From NCBI GenBank assembly GCA_016782425.1, contig JADHYN010000001.1, positions 67,100 through 131,099 on the forward strand: a DNA stretch of 64,000 nucleotides, written 5' to 3'. Below, one piece after another: positions 51,327 to 61,961 of the stretch (its first letter is position 1; each line of letters opens with the position of its first letter). This stretch comes from Candidatus Omnitrophota bacterium. GTDB taxonomy: Bacteria > Omnitrophota > Gorgyraeia > JABMRN01 > RBG-13-46-9. Both the position numbers and the translations under genes were made by a program. Below the pieces are notes generated by a model. That model made no database searches. It was not told where the DNA came from and saw nothing but the letters and a program-made list of their open reading frames with translations.

Positions 51327-54300
51327 TTAAGCTGACTGGAGAGTGCGCAAAATACCAAGATATTCTTTCTCGAGTTCAGGGGTCAGTGGGCCTACGGGGC
51401 GTAGGATATAAACTCTAAAGACAAGGCCGCTTTGCCTCATGTGAACCGCTACATTTAAGGCTTCGGCAAATGAATATGTAGAGTGCTTGTATAAACCCAC
51501 CAGAACCACAGGAACCTTAAGACTCGCTAAATTCTGCGGGTGTCCTCCAGGCCCTTTGATGAGAGCAAGTACGTCCCCGGCTCCTTCGGCTTTCATCACT
51601 TCAAGAAGCGCTCTTGCCTCTTTGGCATAATCCGATTGGGATTTTGGATGGGCTTTTATTAATCTCGGCTTTTCTCGGATAAGTTCATCCAGTGTTTTTG
51701 TAGTTACCTTTATTTTTCGGGAAGCGCGCTCTATCATATTTCTCATTATCTTTCCGTTTTTCTCTTTTCGCGCGTAAAGAAATACTGTCCCCCCTGCCAG
51801 CAAATCATGTTTTATAAGAACATCTTTAACCGTTTTTTCGAAGTCCACTACGGCAACTTCTTCTAACAGATCGTCTGCGTAAATCGCAATGCTCTGGCCC
51901 TTTACATCGTCCTCGCCTAAAATCTCGTCCGCTTCCTTAGCCCGCTTATTATATTCTTCCAGATTCTCACGACGTAATATTTCATTGAAAATGATGAATT
52001 CTTTTTCCTCGTCTAAATCAGTTTTGGCCGCAAGCACTTCCTGCTTTCCGAGCAATATCCTTAATCTCGCAAAATCGATCGAGTGCGGAATGCCTTGCGA
52101 ACGTTGGAGACGGGCATATAACTTATCAACCGCTTTCTGTATTTCACCAAGCCGCATTTCTCCAACAGCTTTTTCTCCGGGCCGCCTGGTTCCCGAGGAC
52201 ATCTTTGTTGGTAATGAATATTTTTCGGTTTCCTCCCCATCAACTCGCAAGTCTTTCCTGATCTTGCTTCTTAAGTTTTCCACAAGCACGTCCAGTCTTT
52301 CGTCAGTTATTGATAATCTTTCAAGTATTCTCGTTTTATGCGTGTCCTGCCCTGCCTCGGATAGTACAGCTTCTAATTGTTGCGTCATTTCTTCTCTGTC
52401 AGCCACGTAACGGCTCCTTATCGTCTCATAGCCCCTGCGAAAACCGCGTAAATAGTTTTCCATGTTATCTATGAAAGTTTGCCTGTCATGAGGAAGGACC
52501 CAGCCCGTTAAAGAATACATAGTCCTGGAAGCCTCGTAGAAATCCTCTTCTGGCGATTTCTCAAGATAGCGCCTGGTAAGCAGGTTCTCTCTGTCTATAT
52601 TTACAATTGCCCTTTTTTTAATATCCAGCAATTCTTCTTCGGAATATCTTTTTATCTTTTTGATATTTATTACAAGATTATGCCATCTATCGCACATTCC
52701 AAGGACATGTGCCTCGGCCATGGCAGCGCCCAAAGAAAAGAAAAACTTTTCCATAAATTCTTCGTTCGCGGAATGCGTACCCAACTCACTTAGAAAATCA
52801 ACCATGTCCACGCCGCGTATTTCGCGTATATAGACGTACCGCTTTCCCTCTTCCACCCAAACATGAACACCTCTTATGGCGTCAATTAACCTGTTTCCCG
52901 TAATGTGCGAAATATTGTCAAAATCGCCGCTTATCTCTTTGTCCTTTATTACCGTCCTCATCGGAAATCCATGTTCATCTATGATTACCGCGAAATACGG
53001 CATAGTCATAGCCATGTCGCATATATATCTGGAAATAGCCATCCTGCCGCTTTTTCTCCTTAACATTTTTGATCCGGGAAAATCTTTCATTATATGTTCT
53101 GAAAGTTGTCCTGCGCTACCTTCCGGAACGTCGGTAAATATCGTTCTGTGCGAAGCGGTTGTTCTTTGAACCGTAGCTCCTTCAAGGAAAACTAATTCTT
53201 TCATATCGTCAAAAATTCCTCCTACGGAATCCCTGCCCGGCAATTCAGAAATTGCTTCCTTCTGAAACCGCGTTAAAAGTTCTCTTTTTTTCATCCGGTC
53301 AAGTTTTCTAATGCACTCTAAATCGGCTTCCCCTCCGATGTCGCCCGTTTCTTTCCGCTTAACAAGCGCCAGCGCGACTTCGGCAAGCGCCTCTTTTCTC
53401 GGAATGTCGTCTCTGTCCCGCAATTTTTTAAAGAATGACCCTATTGAGGTCAGTTCTTCCGGCGAGGCGCTTTCTATGCGCTCTGTTAATGGCCTTATCG
53501 CATCTACCAGCAGCTCCTGGCTAACGCCTATTTGGTCATTATTCTCATTCGCCTTAAAAGCCTCAATAGCCCGCCGCGCTTCTTCAATCATACCTTCAAT
53601 GGGTTGAGAAATAGCCACAGAACCAATTCCAAAACCTGGTTTAGAGATGGGTTTTTGTTCATAGCCATGAACATCTGCAAAAAGTATTCCTTCTTCATCT
53701 TTAACATCAACGCGTGATGAGGGAACATCTTCTTCGGAAAAAATAAATGATGATGGGGGCCTATGTAAACCCTTGGGCCCGCCAAAATTTACGAAAACAA
53801 CCGGTTTCTTACATCGTATTGCAAGTTTCTTCGGCCATGCAACCGCTTCGGCCATATCAGTCCCTGCAGGTAACAGGATCACGTCTACTTCCTCAAGTAA
53901 TGAATACAAAGCTGTATCCAAGGATCTTTTAATTACATTTTTGCATTCGCTGCATATAAAAAGCGCTGCTTTGGTGCCGTTGATTACAAAGAATCGATTT
54001 TGCATGTTTCTCTCAAATTTATGGAATACGAGCGGCTCCTGTTTTGGCCGCAATATAGTATATGTGCAATTATATGACCCGGCCTTCTCTTGCTGATCCT
54101 TTCTGGTAGTTTCGATAAAATAACCAGCCGCAATACCAGTAGTTTCAACAAGTTTCTGGAGCGTTGAAATCCTATTTTCAGGATCAACATTGATGGAATT
54201 AGGGTCATCCATTGTTTCAGGGAAAATTACAATATCGGGCTTCCATGTTCCCCAGGTATTCATGACTTTAAGAATTTCAGCTATTCGATTTGTGTTATTA

Positions 54301-57300
54301 TGAAAATTATTTTCGGAAAGCTGAACGCCGCAAACCTTAAATGCATCATTTGCAGGTTGACGACGCGCGTACACGGATAATTCTAAATGTTCTGTTTTAA
54401 GACAAATAGGGACAGCTCTATTTTCCACGCCGATCTGCGACGCCGCCTCCGGACCTCGCAAGTCCGTAGAGGTCGGCTTTTGGCCATTGGTTATATCTTC
54501 CGCGCGCACAGCGCTGCCTGCGGCGCCGCGGTCTATCCCGCCCATGAGTATATTTTCCTCGGATGCGCTGTCGAGCCTTAGCAATTCCTCAATGGAAAGC
54601 GAACTATCGCTTATAAGTGACCCGCGAAGCGCGGAACATTCTTCGGAAAAACCGTCACTCTCATCAAGCTCTCCCTCCAAAAGCTTGCCTACCTTATCAT
54701 AGAAGCCGGTTATAATATCTTTCTGGTTAAACGCAAGTTGGTCAGACAGGATCTGCAGTAAATCTCTTGCATTACTTATATCGCTCGCAAAGTCAGATTC
54801 ATCCTTAGAACTTTCAATAGTGTCATAGTCAAAAACACTTAAAAGATTTGTGTTGTAGGGGCTTAAGACACTTCCATCTATGTTATGCATTTTACTGCGT
54901 TTGCCGCTTTTGAGAAGCGTATTCATGTTATGTGCAAGGTAAGAGGCCAGCCTGAGCCTGAAAGCCGCGGCTTTCAGTATGAATTCTACGGCTTTGTCCT
55001 TATCGAGCGACCGTCCGGAGGCATCTTCAACTACTATTTTCTGACCGTCTTTTCGTATTGTTAACCCGTAGTATCCAAAAAACAGCCTTAAGGTCTCTGG
55101 TTTATCCATTGAAAGCTCACTTGTTCTCGTGGAGACGGCTGTTTTGTAAAACATAACATACATGTCCTGGTCCATGCCAAGCATCTCCAGGGCCTTTTCG
55201 CGCTCGAGAAGGATTGTCTCTCCCATGTCGGCAAGAAGCGCGTTCCTTGTATTTTTACTGGCCATTGCTCGGCGCCTATCCGTTATTGCCGCGGGTATGG
55301 CCAGCGGCCTGAAGCCTGTTTCCGGGGAGAAGAAGATGTCTTCTTTGACGTTGAGTATCTCGGTAAGCGCTTTTATGTCGGGACGGGTCCTCATGAGCTT
55401 GCGGAACGCTCTGTGAAGGGATGAGGTTAATGCGGGGTCTATCTCGCTCTTTATAACTCCGCCGTCAAATCTTCCTATTTCGTTAACATCATAAAAAATA
55501 TGAAGCCCCGGAATAGTGCTAAATGCGTAAAAATTGCCCGAGCCCTTAAAGACAAAAGACGGTTCGCTATCTGTGTGACGCGATCTTCCGTGCGTTTCGG
55601 AATTAACGCCTGAGACCATGGGAATTAAAAATAGGTTATTTATCGCTTTGAGGCCGGTCGCATCCTTAAGGCTCCTGCCAAGAATAGCATTCCTTTTAAA
55701 TACAGTATTGCCTCTTACGTCTTTTACCTTTCCTACAGGAATTATGATTCCTTTTTTTACGGCCTCCTGCACGCTTTTCATGTCCGAATCTCTGCCCGGT
55801 ATCATGATAGCGGGAACGAGGATGGTATTGGGAATGCTTGAGGCAAAAATGACCTTCTTTTTAAGAAGCCCGATGAGTTTTATTCTCTCTTTGTTTTCTG
55901 TGTTTTTTAATTCATCTTCAAGCTCTCTTATAAGGGATTCGCGTTTTTCGGGCGTTGCTTTTTTTCCGGCGCGAAGTGAAAAAATAATTCTGAGGAGATC
56001 AAATCTCTTCTCCTCGCATAGCCTTATGAGGGAAGATAACTTTTTAGGTTCCAGTTCACGGGATATGAATTCCAGATGTTTAATGTTTTCCGATATAAGT
56101 CGTGCGTTATCTCCTATTGTTTCTACATAACCAGCTAAATCTAGAGCGTTTATGTCAGTATGAGAAAAGTTTAATCCTGTAGCTTTGGCAAGCTCGATAA
56201 GAGCGAGGGATTTTTCGTAAGAGTCTTCTATTTCATCTATTGCGCCTCGGGCGAGTTTAAGGTCCTTACGGGTTTTAGTTGCTTTGGCAAGTTCTATAAG
56301 GGCGAGGGATTTGTAGTGAGGACGCTGTATTTTATCTATTGCGCCTCGGGCGAGTTTAAGGTCCTTACGGGTTTTAGCTGCTTTGGCAAACTCTAAAAGG
56401 GCGAGGGATTTTTCGTAAGGATACGGTATTTCATTCATTGCGCGGCGTATTTTTTTATTCAAGGCGATTTCCTCAAGCACATTAGAAGCTTCTTCTAAAT
56501 ATGCCTTGCGTACGGGTTCTTCGTCATCCACAGGTAATGTCGCCATTGCAAGCACCCCGCCTCTTATAAACTTCTCAAGATTATACAATCCATGAATAAG
56601 CATAATAAGCGGAAGAGCATATGAAGGAATAAAGAATATAAAAGCAAGATATGCTGTTCGGATTAAGAGGACTATTCTTAGTATATCTCTTTTGTCCTTG
56701 TAATTAGCGGATTTTTTTTCGATAATGCCATTGTTTACTTTTAAAACATACCAGAAGTGCACGGCAAAGAAGAGAAAGAAACTTACACAGGAATTCGCGA
56801 TTACATGATTGAATAATGGCGCTTCCTCGATGATAATACCGCTAAAGATATATTCTTCTATCATGCTTGCTAAGAAAACAAAAATTCCTATTGAAAATTT
56901 CGAAACGTTTTTAGCTTGTAACCAACTAATCAGTTTCCACCAAAGGCCTGGAACCATGCCCAGCGGAACTTCGTGTCGGCCGGAAGTAAGGCTACTATCG
57001 CCTATCTCTTCCTCGCGCGCGGAGGTAGCCGTTTCAGGCAGGCTCCATTCTGATATTTTCGGCGGGACCTCTTCATTCAGTTTCTCGCTTACCGCTATAG
57101 AACGCGTAAATGGTTTCCTTGAATGATTCACAACTGCTCTTGAGAAAGTAGAACCACCAAATATTTCATATTCAGAATACGTTTCTTGTTCGGAACGTAA
57201 ATATTTACGCTTAAGGTGTTTTGCTATTTTTACTATCATATGAGCAAAATCAATGATATAGCTTAAAACTATAACGCCGACAACAATAACACCCGCAATA

Positions 57301-60300
57301 ATCGCAAACAATGAATCCGCGCGATAAAGCATCTTAAAACCGCGCCCAAAAACGCAACCTGTGACCAAACTGGTAAGAAATGCTAAAATTACTGTTTTTC
57401 TAATTGCTTTCTTATATTTTCCAAAATCCGGTTTACCGGAACTAGATTGTAGTGCCGTTACGGCCGCAGAAGGCGTGGCTTTCACCGCACCATCCTCCGA
57501 AACTACTTTCGGAACTGGCTTGCGCCCGGTATGGGAATCAAGAAATCCTATATCTTTACCTTCGGTTCCTTCGGTACTGAATGGTTCTATAGGATGTCCA
57601 AAACTTAAAAGAGTAGCTTCTTGCCTGCTATCACCCGCCTCTTTTTCGCACGCGGGGGTAAGCAAGGCTTCTGGTTCATCCAATCTACGAACTTCTTCGG
57701 ACTTTACCGCTGATAACATTTTTCCTATGTCAAGAACTTGTATTGTGGTTTCCGGTTTGCGTTGATATATTTCAAAAAGGTTTTCTATTTTTGTAATGTC
57801 GAATTCATCTTCAACGTCAAGCCAATTTTCGCTTGAAAAGAATACTACATATTTCGCGCCCGGCTTAAGCCCTGTAGGGCTTAGTAATTTTTCTTTTAAT
57901 CTTTGCTTAAAATCTTCCATGCTTTCCTGGCTTAACAGACTCCCTGGCCAGTGAAAAATAATGTCAAACTCTGACAGATCTCGACCAAAATAATCGCCTT
58001 GTTTAAAATGGACGTTCTGAGAGCCGAGATTTTCTAATCCCCGGCTACCTGCAATTTCTCTATAGAAAATAAGTTTCGCTTTTCTGGCTAGTTGGGCATT
58101 TAATTCATTGCCATAAGTATCCAACCCCAAAGCAGCCATTGCGGCCATCAGCCTGCCGTCACCAAAGCCCATATCATAAAATTTAGCGCAAGACGGTACA
58201 TTTAATTTTTTGCACAGCCGCCAAAACGCTTCGATCCCAGCCATCGATATAGGCAAATATTCGCATGTAGGCTCATTGACGCCATGTGTGCTATATAAAC
58301 TCGAGACATTATCTATGATTTGCATTTCTTCTTCGGTTAAGTCCACATCAAGCATGATTTCATCTGCTTCTGAACCGCGTAGGCCCGAAGCGCTCAAATT
58401 CTCCTTCCCTTCGTCGCCGCGCGAAACTGTATTCGCTGCAAAATCAACCTGTGCTCTACCTTGATATTTTTTTGATAACGTGGCGAATAAGAGCTTTCTC
58501 ACTCCGAATGGTATGAATGGAATGTTGGCTAAAATAAGATTGAACCAGTGCGGGGTAGATTGACGTATGGCTAATAATTCATGTAGAATATGTCTGTGAG
58601 TTGCGCCGTTAAGAAGTTTTGCATAGATGTTTACAGGAGCATCCAGACGCATTTTTCTTCCTGTCTCTACTCCCGCATACAGCCAGAACGCGGGCCATTT
58701 TTGATGGCCTGAAACAATAAAGTTTATACCTAGCTTTTCAATATCCAGGTGCTCTTTTGTCAGTCTTTCATATAGTTCTAATGCCTTTTTCACGATTGGC
58801 GCATCATTATAAGCTACTGATGGTTTCATCCTGAATCTTCGTTCTAAGCTACCCAGCTCTTCTTTCACATCTTTTTCAGTCGCTCCCAGTAAGTTGCGCT
58901 CGGCAGGCTTCATCTCTCCGTCAAAATCCGCTTCACCCTCTATTTCTACGAGCCACTTGGTGCGACAGATATCAGAAATCACATAAAGACTTACAGAATC
59001 AGTGAAAATTTTTCTGCATATATCTTTCACACGCTCCGGATCATGAGTGCGTTTGACATAAACCCTTATCTGATGCACATCTTTAAAAGCCGGTTTTGCG
59101 GTTATCCTATGTTGCGCAAGATTGGGTTGTGACATCAAGACCGCGATATTGTCAATCGTAACCCACGTTTGGGCCTCGATAGCGGTTTTAGCGTAAATAG
59201 CTGCCTGCCGGCCAGGCTCACCAAAGTTTTTCATTTCAACCTGAAAGCCGCGTGCTCTTAATGCATCCGGGCCTCCGGCAACTAAGGCTATGTTCTTTAT
59301 CTTAACCCATGTGGGCACATAGTTATCATCGGGATATAAAACATCTTCTCCCTTTACAGAAGCTGTTCCGGAAATATACAGCTTAACCTTTTTACTCGCT
59401 TTTCTTACAACCGCCTTTGCCCTTTCGAATTTAGGGGATGGCTTTGATCCTTTTTCGTCTCCGACAAGAACGCGCTGGCTGTAATTATAAGGGGCTATCT
59501 GTTCGGGGTTTTCAACAGGCACTATCGAAATAGCGGTTTCATCTGTCTTAGCGGCTATGAATTCAATGGTAACGCCCCCGGCATCAATACCTATACCTGT
59601 TGCAGAGGCATAACCGTTTTTGAAAGCTGACGCTGCGTAATATTTTGCCCGGATACCGCAGAATATAGTGTAATTATTCGTCTTGCCATCGCCTTCCACG
59701 GGTATTTCTACGATGTCCTCTACATAATTCCATTGCCGCACGACGTCGTCAAAGCTTAATCCCTCTCTATCCAGAATAGCTTTCATGATAGAGAAGACTT
59801 CTTCAGATTGGGCGTGCCTACCTTGAATTTCTTCGCCGGCTGTTATACCGGTTACATGTAAAAATTTTGAGCCCCCTATTTTTATAACCGCGTATCGCAC
59901 GCTGCGGAAAACCTTATGCTCAATTTTTAAATCACGGCCTTTCAAAGGTAAAAGCACTGTTACTTCCATGCTAACATTCGAGCCGTCAACAGATGGCTGG
60001 GCTACGAAGCTTGCGGGCATAGAATTGTTTTCGTAGAAACGATCTATGCAAGCTGTGAGGTTTTCTTTTTTAGCAAAATAATCGTGCCCTTTCGCTGCTT
60101 TTATAAAGACTGTTTGTTTTATTATGGCACCTTTTTCAGCGCCCAATTTAGCCAGATTCTTTCGCAGCGTAGACAGGCAATTCTTGAGTTGCTCCTCGTG
60201 GCTGCCGGCTTCTTCAGGAATAATAGTAAACTTGATTTCCCGGTAAACTCCGTTATCGATCTCTTTGTAAGAGGTTTTGCCGGGCCGGTCAGCGGGCCTT

Positions 60301-61913
60301 TCATCTAAGCCGGGCTCCGGAACCGCCTCCGGGCTTCGCGGGTTCGAAGCAGCGGCCTCAACTGCATTTATCAAATCAGGCATTCGAGAAACATAGTGCA
60401 AAGTAATATCCGGAGTTTCTTGCCGGGAGGTATCTTCATTAAGATGCCCGTCTTTAAACAACTTGTATGTTAATCCATTGTTTTCCAGTGTTTTCAAAAT
60501 TGTTTTGCGAAAATCATAAGGGTCGTGCTCTTCAGGGTATGTAAATCTGCCTGCGGGTAAATAAAAATGTTTTTGTAGTTTTTCTCCACTCTTAATTCTC
60601 TGTGCGATTCTTCTGATTATGCAATCAATTGCCAGATCCCAGCAAACTATTACGCTACCACCAAGCATTACTATATGAGATTCATCTTCAGGGCCCAGTA
60701 TTTCGTCTACCTGCACAGCGCTTATTTCTCCTATAGGAGATGGGAAGACAGTAACGCCTTCAGGAAGTTGTTTGTTTTTAAACTCATTTATCTCGGGAGA
60801 GTCCATTAATAGATATTTTCGTAATATTTTTCCATTTTTAACAATACCGGCTTTTTTTAGCCTATTCTCAACATGATCGGCATCGGATAAAAAAGAGACA
60901 CTGTGCACTTCTACTATAACGGGTAGGACATTTTCAACTTTGGGAGTTGGGATGTCTGTTCCCCCTGCGCGCATAGCGCCGGGCTCCGGAACCGCCTCTG
61001 GATTATGTAGGTCCGTAGCAGTATCTTTCTCTCTACTATCGACTGACGACTGACGACCATCGACTGATTCCGCCCGGTCAAACACGAAGCCGTTAGCGTA
61101 AGCAGTTTCTATTATGTCTTTACGAAGTTCGGGATTATGGAATTCCTGTCCGAAGTATTGCCTACCCTTGCGTGCAAGGTAAAATTCAGAATGTCCCGCG
61201 ATAATAGGATTGATAGCTTTGTAAAAGCGCCATTCGTTCAGCGTAAAATCCCGGCGCCGTGAAACAAGGTTCTTTCGCACGAGAAACTCGAGCTCGAAGC
61301 CCCGCGCTATTATATCGTTCAGCACGAGTTCGCTGTGAAGATCAGGCTCAGTATGAAGTTTTCTTTTATCCTCCGGAAAAAGCTCAAGATAAGATTTAAG
61401 AATGGCCCTTTTGGAAAAAACTTCTTGTCGTATCTTCTCGTGTCTGTCTTTTTCTCTCTTTCTTTTGGCTTCATCCGGGTCAATGCTATGCGCCATCATC
61501 TGCATGAGGGCTTCTATCTCCTCATGGATAACAGCGCGGATAACCTTTATGCGATCCTGTTTGATTTTTTCTGAAACAAGAATTTTTCCGTCATTCTCAA
61601 GAAGCAGCGCATCGGGCCAGTCACGCTGTTCCATTATGCGCCTGTAGAGTTCTTTTTGTTCAGGGTTATCGGAATAGACAAGGCGGCGGGACTTTTCAAG
61701 CGCCATTATCCAGCCTTCGCCTCGTACAGCAGGATTAAGAACTCCCGGACTTGGCGCAAGCGTCCCTCGACTCTGCTCGGGACTCCCGTTGGTCGCGCGT
61801 GCCTCTTCTATGCCGGGAATGCTGTTTAAAAACACAAGGCATGCCAGGCACATAGCTACAAATCTTATACTTATATGACTCTTTAGCTTAAACATATAGA
61901 TAAAATATAGCAT
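51327..61913 (-). CDS. Giant 3528-aa multidomain protein of unknown function
   Basis: The reading frame is uninterrupted for 10.6 kb. There is an N-terminal signal/TM segment. Motif-level domain calls are listed in the findings: RidA-fold FkbO-like, SAM-MTase DMGFGDG, TM block with CPBP-like EExxxS/FxxxH/HxxxN, 33-aa repeats, CN-hydrolase E-K-C, and a DRWHN kinase-like loop. Confidence 0.8.
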   Translation of the reverse strand: MLYFIYMFKLKSHISIRFVAMCLACLVFLNSIPGIEEARATNGSPEQSRGTLAPSPGVLNPAVRGEGWIMALEKSRRLVYSDNPEQKELYRRIMEQRDWPDALLLENDGKILVSEKIKQDRIKVIRAVIHEEIEALMQMMAHSIDPDEAKRKREKDRHEKIRQEVFSKRAILKSYLELFPEDKRKLHTEPDLHSELVLNDIIARGFELEFLVRKNLVSRRRDFTLNEWRFYKAINPIIAGHSEFYLARKGRQYFGQEFHNPELRKDIIETAYANGFVFDRAESVDGRQSSVDSREKDTATDLHNPEAVPEPGAMRAGGTDIPTPKVENVLPVIVEVHSVSFLSDADHVENRLKKAGIVKNGKILRKYLLMDSPEINEFKNKQLPEGVTVFPSPIGEISAVQVDEILGPEDESHIVMLGGSVIVCWDLAIDCIIRRIAQRIKSGEKLQKHFYLPAGRFTYPEEHDPYDFRKTILKTLENNGLTYKLFKDGHLNEDTSRQETPDITLHYVSRMPDLINAVEAAASNPRSPEAVPEPGLDERPADRPGKTSYKEIDNGVYREIKFTIIPEEAGSHEEQLKNCLSTLRKNLAKLGAEKGAIIKQTVFIKAAKGHDYFAKKENLTACIDRFYENNSMPASFVAQPSVDGSNVSMEVTVLLPLKGRDLKIEHKVFRSVRYAVIKIGGSKFLHVTGITAGEEIQGRHAQSEEVFSIMKAILDREGLSFDDVVRQWNYVEDIVEIPVEGDGKTNNYTIFCGIRAKYYAASAFKNGYASATGIGIDAGGVTIEFIAAKTDETAISIVPVENPEQIAPYNYSQRVLVGDEKGSKPSPKFERAKAVVRKASKKVKLYISGTASVKGEDVLYPDDNYVPTWVKIKNIALVAGGPDALRARGFQVEMKNFGEPGRQAAIYAKTAIEAQTWVTIDNIAVLMSQPNLAQHRITAKPAFKDVHQIRVYVKRTHDPERVKDICRKIFTDSVSLYVISDICRTKWLVEIEGEADFDGEMKPAERNLLGATEKDVKEELGSLERRFRMKPSVAYNDAPIVKKALELYERLTKEHLDIEKLGINFIVSGHQKWPAFWLYAGVETGRKMRLDAPVNIYAKLLNGATHRHILHELLAIRQSTPHWFNLILANIPFIPFGVRKLLFATLSKKYQGRAQVDFAANTVSRGDEGKENLSASGLRGSEADEIMLDVDLTEEEMQIIDNVSSLYSTHGVNEPTCEYLPISMAGIEAFWRLCKKLNVPSCAKFYDMGFGDGRLMAAMAALGLDTYGNELNAQLARKAKLIFYREIAGSRGLENLGSQNVHFKQGDYFGRDLSEFDIIFHWPGSLLSQESMEDFKQRLKEKLLSPTGLKPGAKYVVFFSSENWLDVEDEFDITKIENLFEIYQRKPETTIQVLDIGKMLSAVKSEEVRRLDEPEALLTPACEKEAGDSRQEATLLSFGHPIEPFSTEGTEGKDIGFLDSHTGRKPVPKVVSEDGAVKATPSAAVTALQSSSGKPDFGKYKKAIRKTVILAFLTSLVTGCVFGRGFKMLYRADSLFAIIAGVIVVGVIVLSYIIDFAHMIVKIAKHLKRKYLRSEQETYSEYEIFGGSTFSRAVVNHSRKPFTRSIAVSEKLNEEVPPKISEWSLPETATSAREEEIGDSSLTSGRHEVPLGMVPGLWWKLISWLQAKNVSKFSIGIFVFLASMIEEYIFSGIIIEEAPLFNHVIANSCVSFFLFFAVHFWYVLKVNNGIIEKKSANYKDKRDILRIVLLIRTAYLAFIFFIPSYALPLIMLIHGLYNLEKFIRGGVLAMATLPVDDEEPVRKAYLEEASNVLEEIALNKKIRRAMNEIPYPYEKSLALLEFAKAAKTRKDLKLARGAIDKIQRPHYKSLALIELAKATKTRKDLKLARGAIDEIEDSYEKSLALIELAKATGLNFSHTDINALDLAGYVETIGDNARLISENIKHLEFISRELEPKKLSSLIRLCEEKRFDLLRIIFSLRAGKKATPEKRESLIRELEDELKNTENKERIKLIGLLKKKVIFASSIPNTILVPAIMIPGRDSDMKSVQEAVKKGIIIPVGKVKDVRGNTVFKRNAILGRSLKDATGLKAINNLFLIPMVSGVNSETHGRSRHTDSEPSFVFKGSGNFYAFSTIPGLHIFYDVNEIGRFDGGVIKSEIDPALTSSLHRAFRKLMRTRPDIKALTEILNVKEDIFFSPETGFRPLAIPAAITDRRRAMASKNTRNALLADMGETILLEREKALEMLGMDQDMYVMFYKTAVSTRTSELSMDKPETLRLFFGYYGLTIRKDGQKIVVEDASGRSLDKDKAVEFILKAAAFRLRLASYLAHNMNTLLKSGKRSKMHNIDGSVLSPYNTNLLSVFDYDTIESSKDESDFASDISNARDLLQILSDQLAFNQKDIITGFYDKVGKLLEGELDESDGFSEECSALRGSLISDSSLSIEELLRLDSASEENILMGGIDRGAAGSAVRAEDITNGQKPTSTDLRGPEAASQIGVENRAVPICLKTEHLELSVYARRQPANDAFKVCGVQLSENNFHNNTNRIAEILKVMNTWGTWKPDIVIFPETMDDPNSINVDPENRISTLQKLVETTGIAAGYFIETTRKDQQEKAGSYNCTYTILRPKQEPLVFHKFERNMQNRFFVINGTKAALFICSECKNVIKRSLDTALYSLLEEVDVILLPAGTDMAEAVAWPKKLAIRCKKPVVFVNFGGPKGLHRPPSSFIFSEEDVPSSRVDVKDEEGILFADVHGYEQKPISKPGFGIGSVAISQPIEGMIEEARRAIEAFKANENNDQIGVSQELLVDAIRPLTERIESASPEELTSIGSFFKKLRDRDDIPRKEALAEVALALVKRKETGDIGGEADLECIRKLDRMKKRELLTRFQKEAISELPGRDSVGGIFDDMKELVFLEGATVQRTTASHRTIFTDVPEGSAGQLSEHIMKDFPGSKMLRRKSGRMAISRYICDMAMTMPYFAVIIDEHGFPMRTVIKDKEISGDFDNISHITGNRLIDAIRGVHVWVEEGKRYVYIREIRGVDMVDFLSELGTHSANEEFMEKFFFSLGAAMAEAHVLGMCDRWHNLVINIKKIKRYSEEELLDIKKRAIVNIDRENLLTRRYLEKSPEEDFYEASRTMYSLTGWVLPHDRQTFIDNMENYLRGFRRGYETIRSRYVADREEMTQQLEAVLSEAGQDTHKTRILERLSITDERLDVLVENLRSKIRKDLRVDGEETEKYSLPTKMSSGTRRPGEKAVGEMRLGEIQKAVDKLYARLQRSQGIPHSIDFARLRILLGKQEVLAAKTDLDEEKEFIIFNEILRRENLEEYNKRAKEADEILGEDDVKGQSIAIYADDLLEEVAVVDFEKTVKDVLIKHDLLAGGTVFLYARKEKNGKIMRNMIERASRKIKVTTKTLDELIREKPRLIKAHPKSQSDYAKEARALLEVMKAEGAGDVLALIKGPGGHPQNLASLKVPVVLVGLYKHSTYSFAEALNVAVHMRQSGLVFRVYILRPVGPLTPELEKEYLGILRTLQSA
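56181..56438. repeat. 99-nt tandem repeat (2 full units plus 1 partial) inside the giant ORF
   Basis: 56241-56278 and 56340-56377 are identical (38 nt). Each unit encodes a 33-aa helical repeat, ..YEKSLALIELAKATKTRKDLKLARGAIDEI.. Confidence 0.85.
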
Positions 61914-61961
61914 ATAATCACATGCGAAGTGTCACAGAAAGGTAAAAATTTTATCGCTTAA

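Noticed and set aside
50911-51330. 139-aa plus-strand ORF between cooS and the giant gene
   Set aside because: It lies inside the GC-rich MITE-like/REP sequence, has an Arg/Ala/Ser-rich composition typical of translated repeats, and has no RBS.
52400-53100. A confident kinase domain call in the giant ORF
   Set aside because: Only a DRWHN..IDRE loop resemblance was seen. There is no clear glycine-rich loop or VAIK-type Lys, so I keep it as a low-confidence note only.
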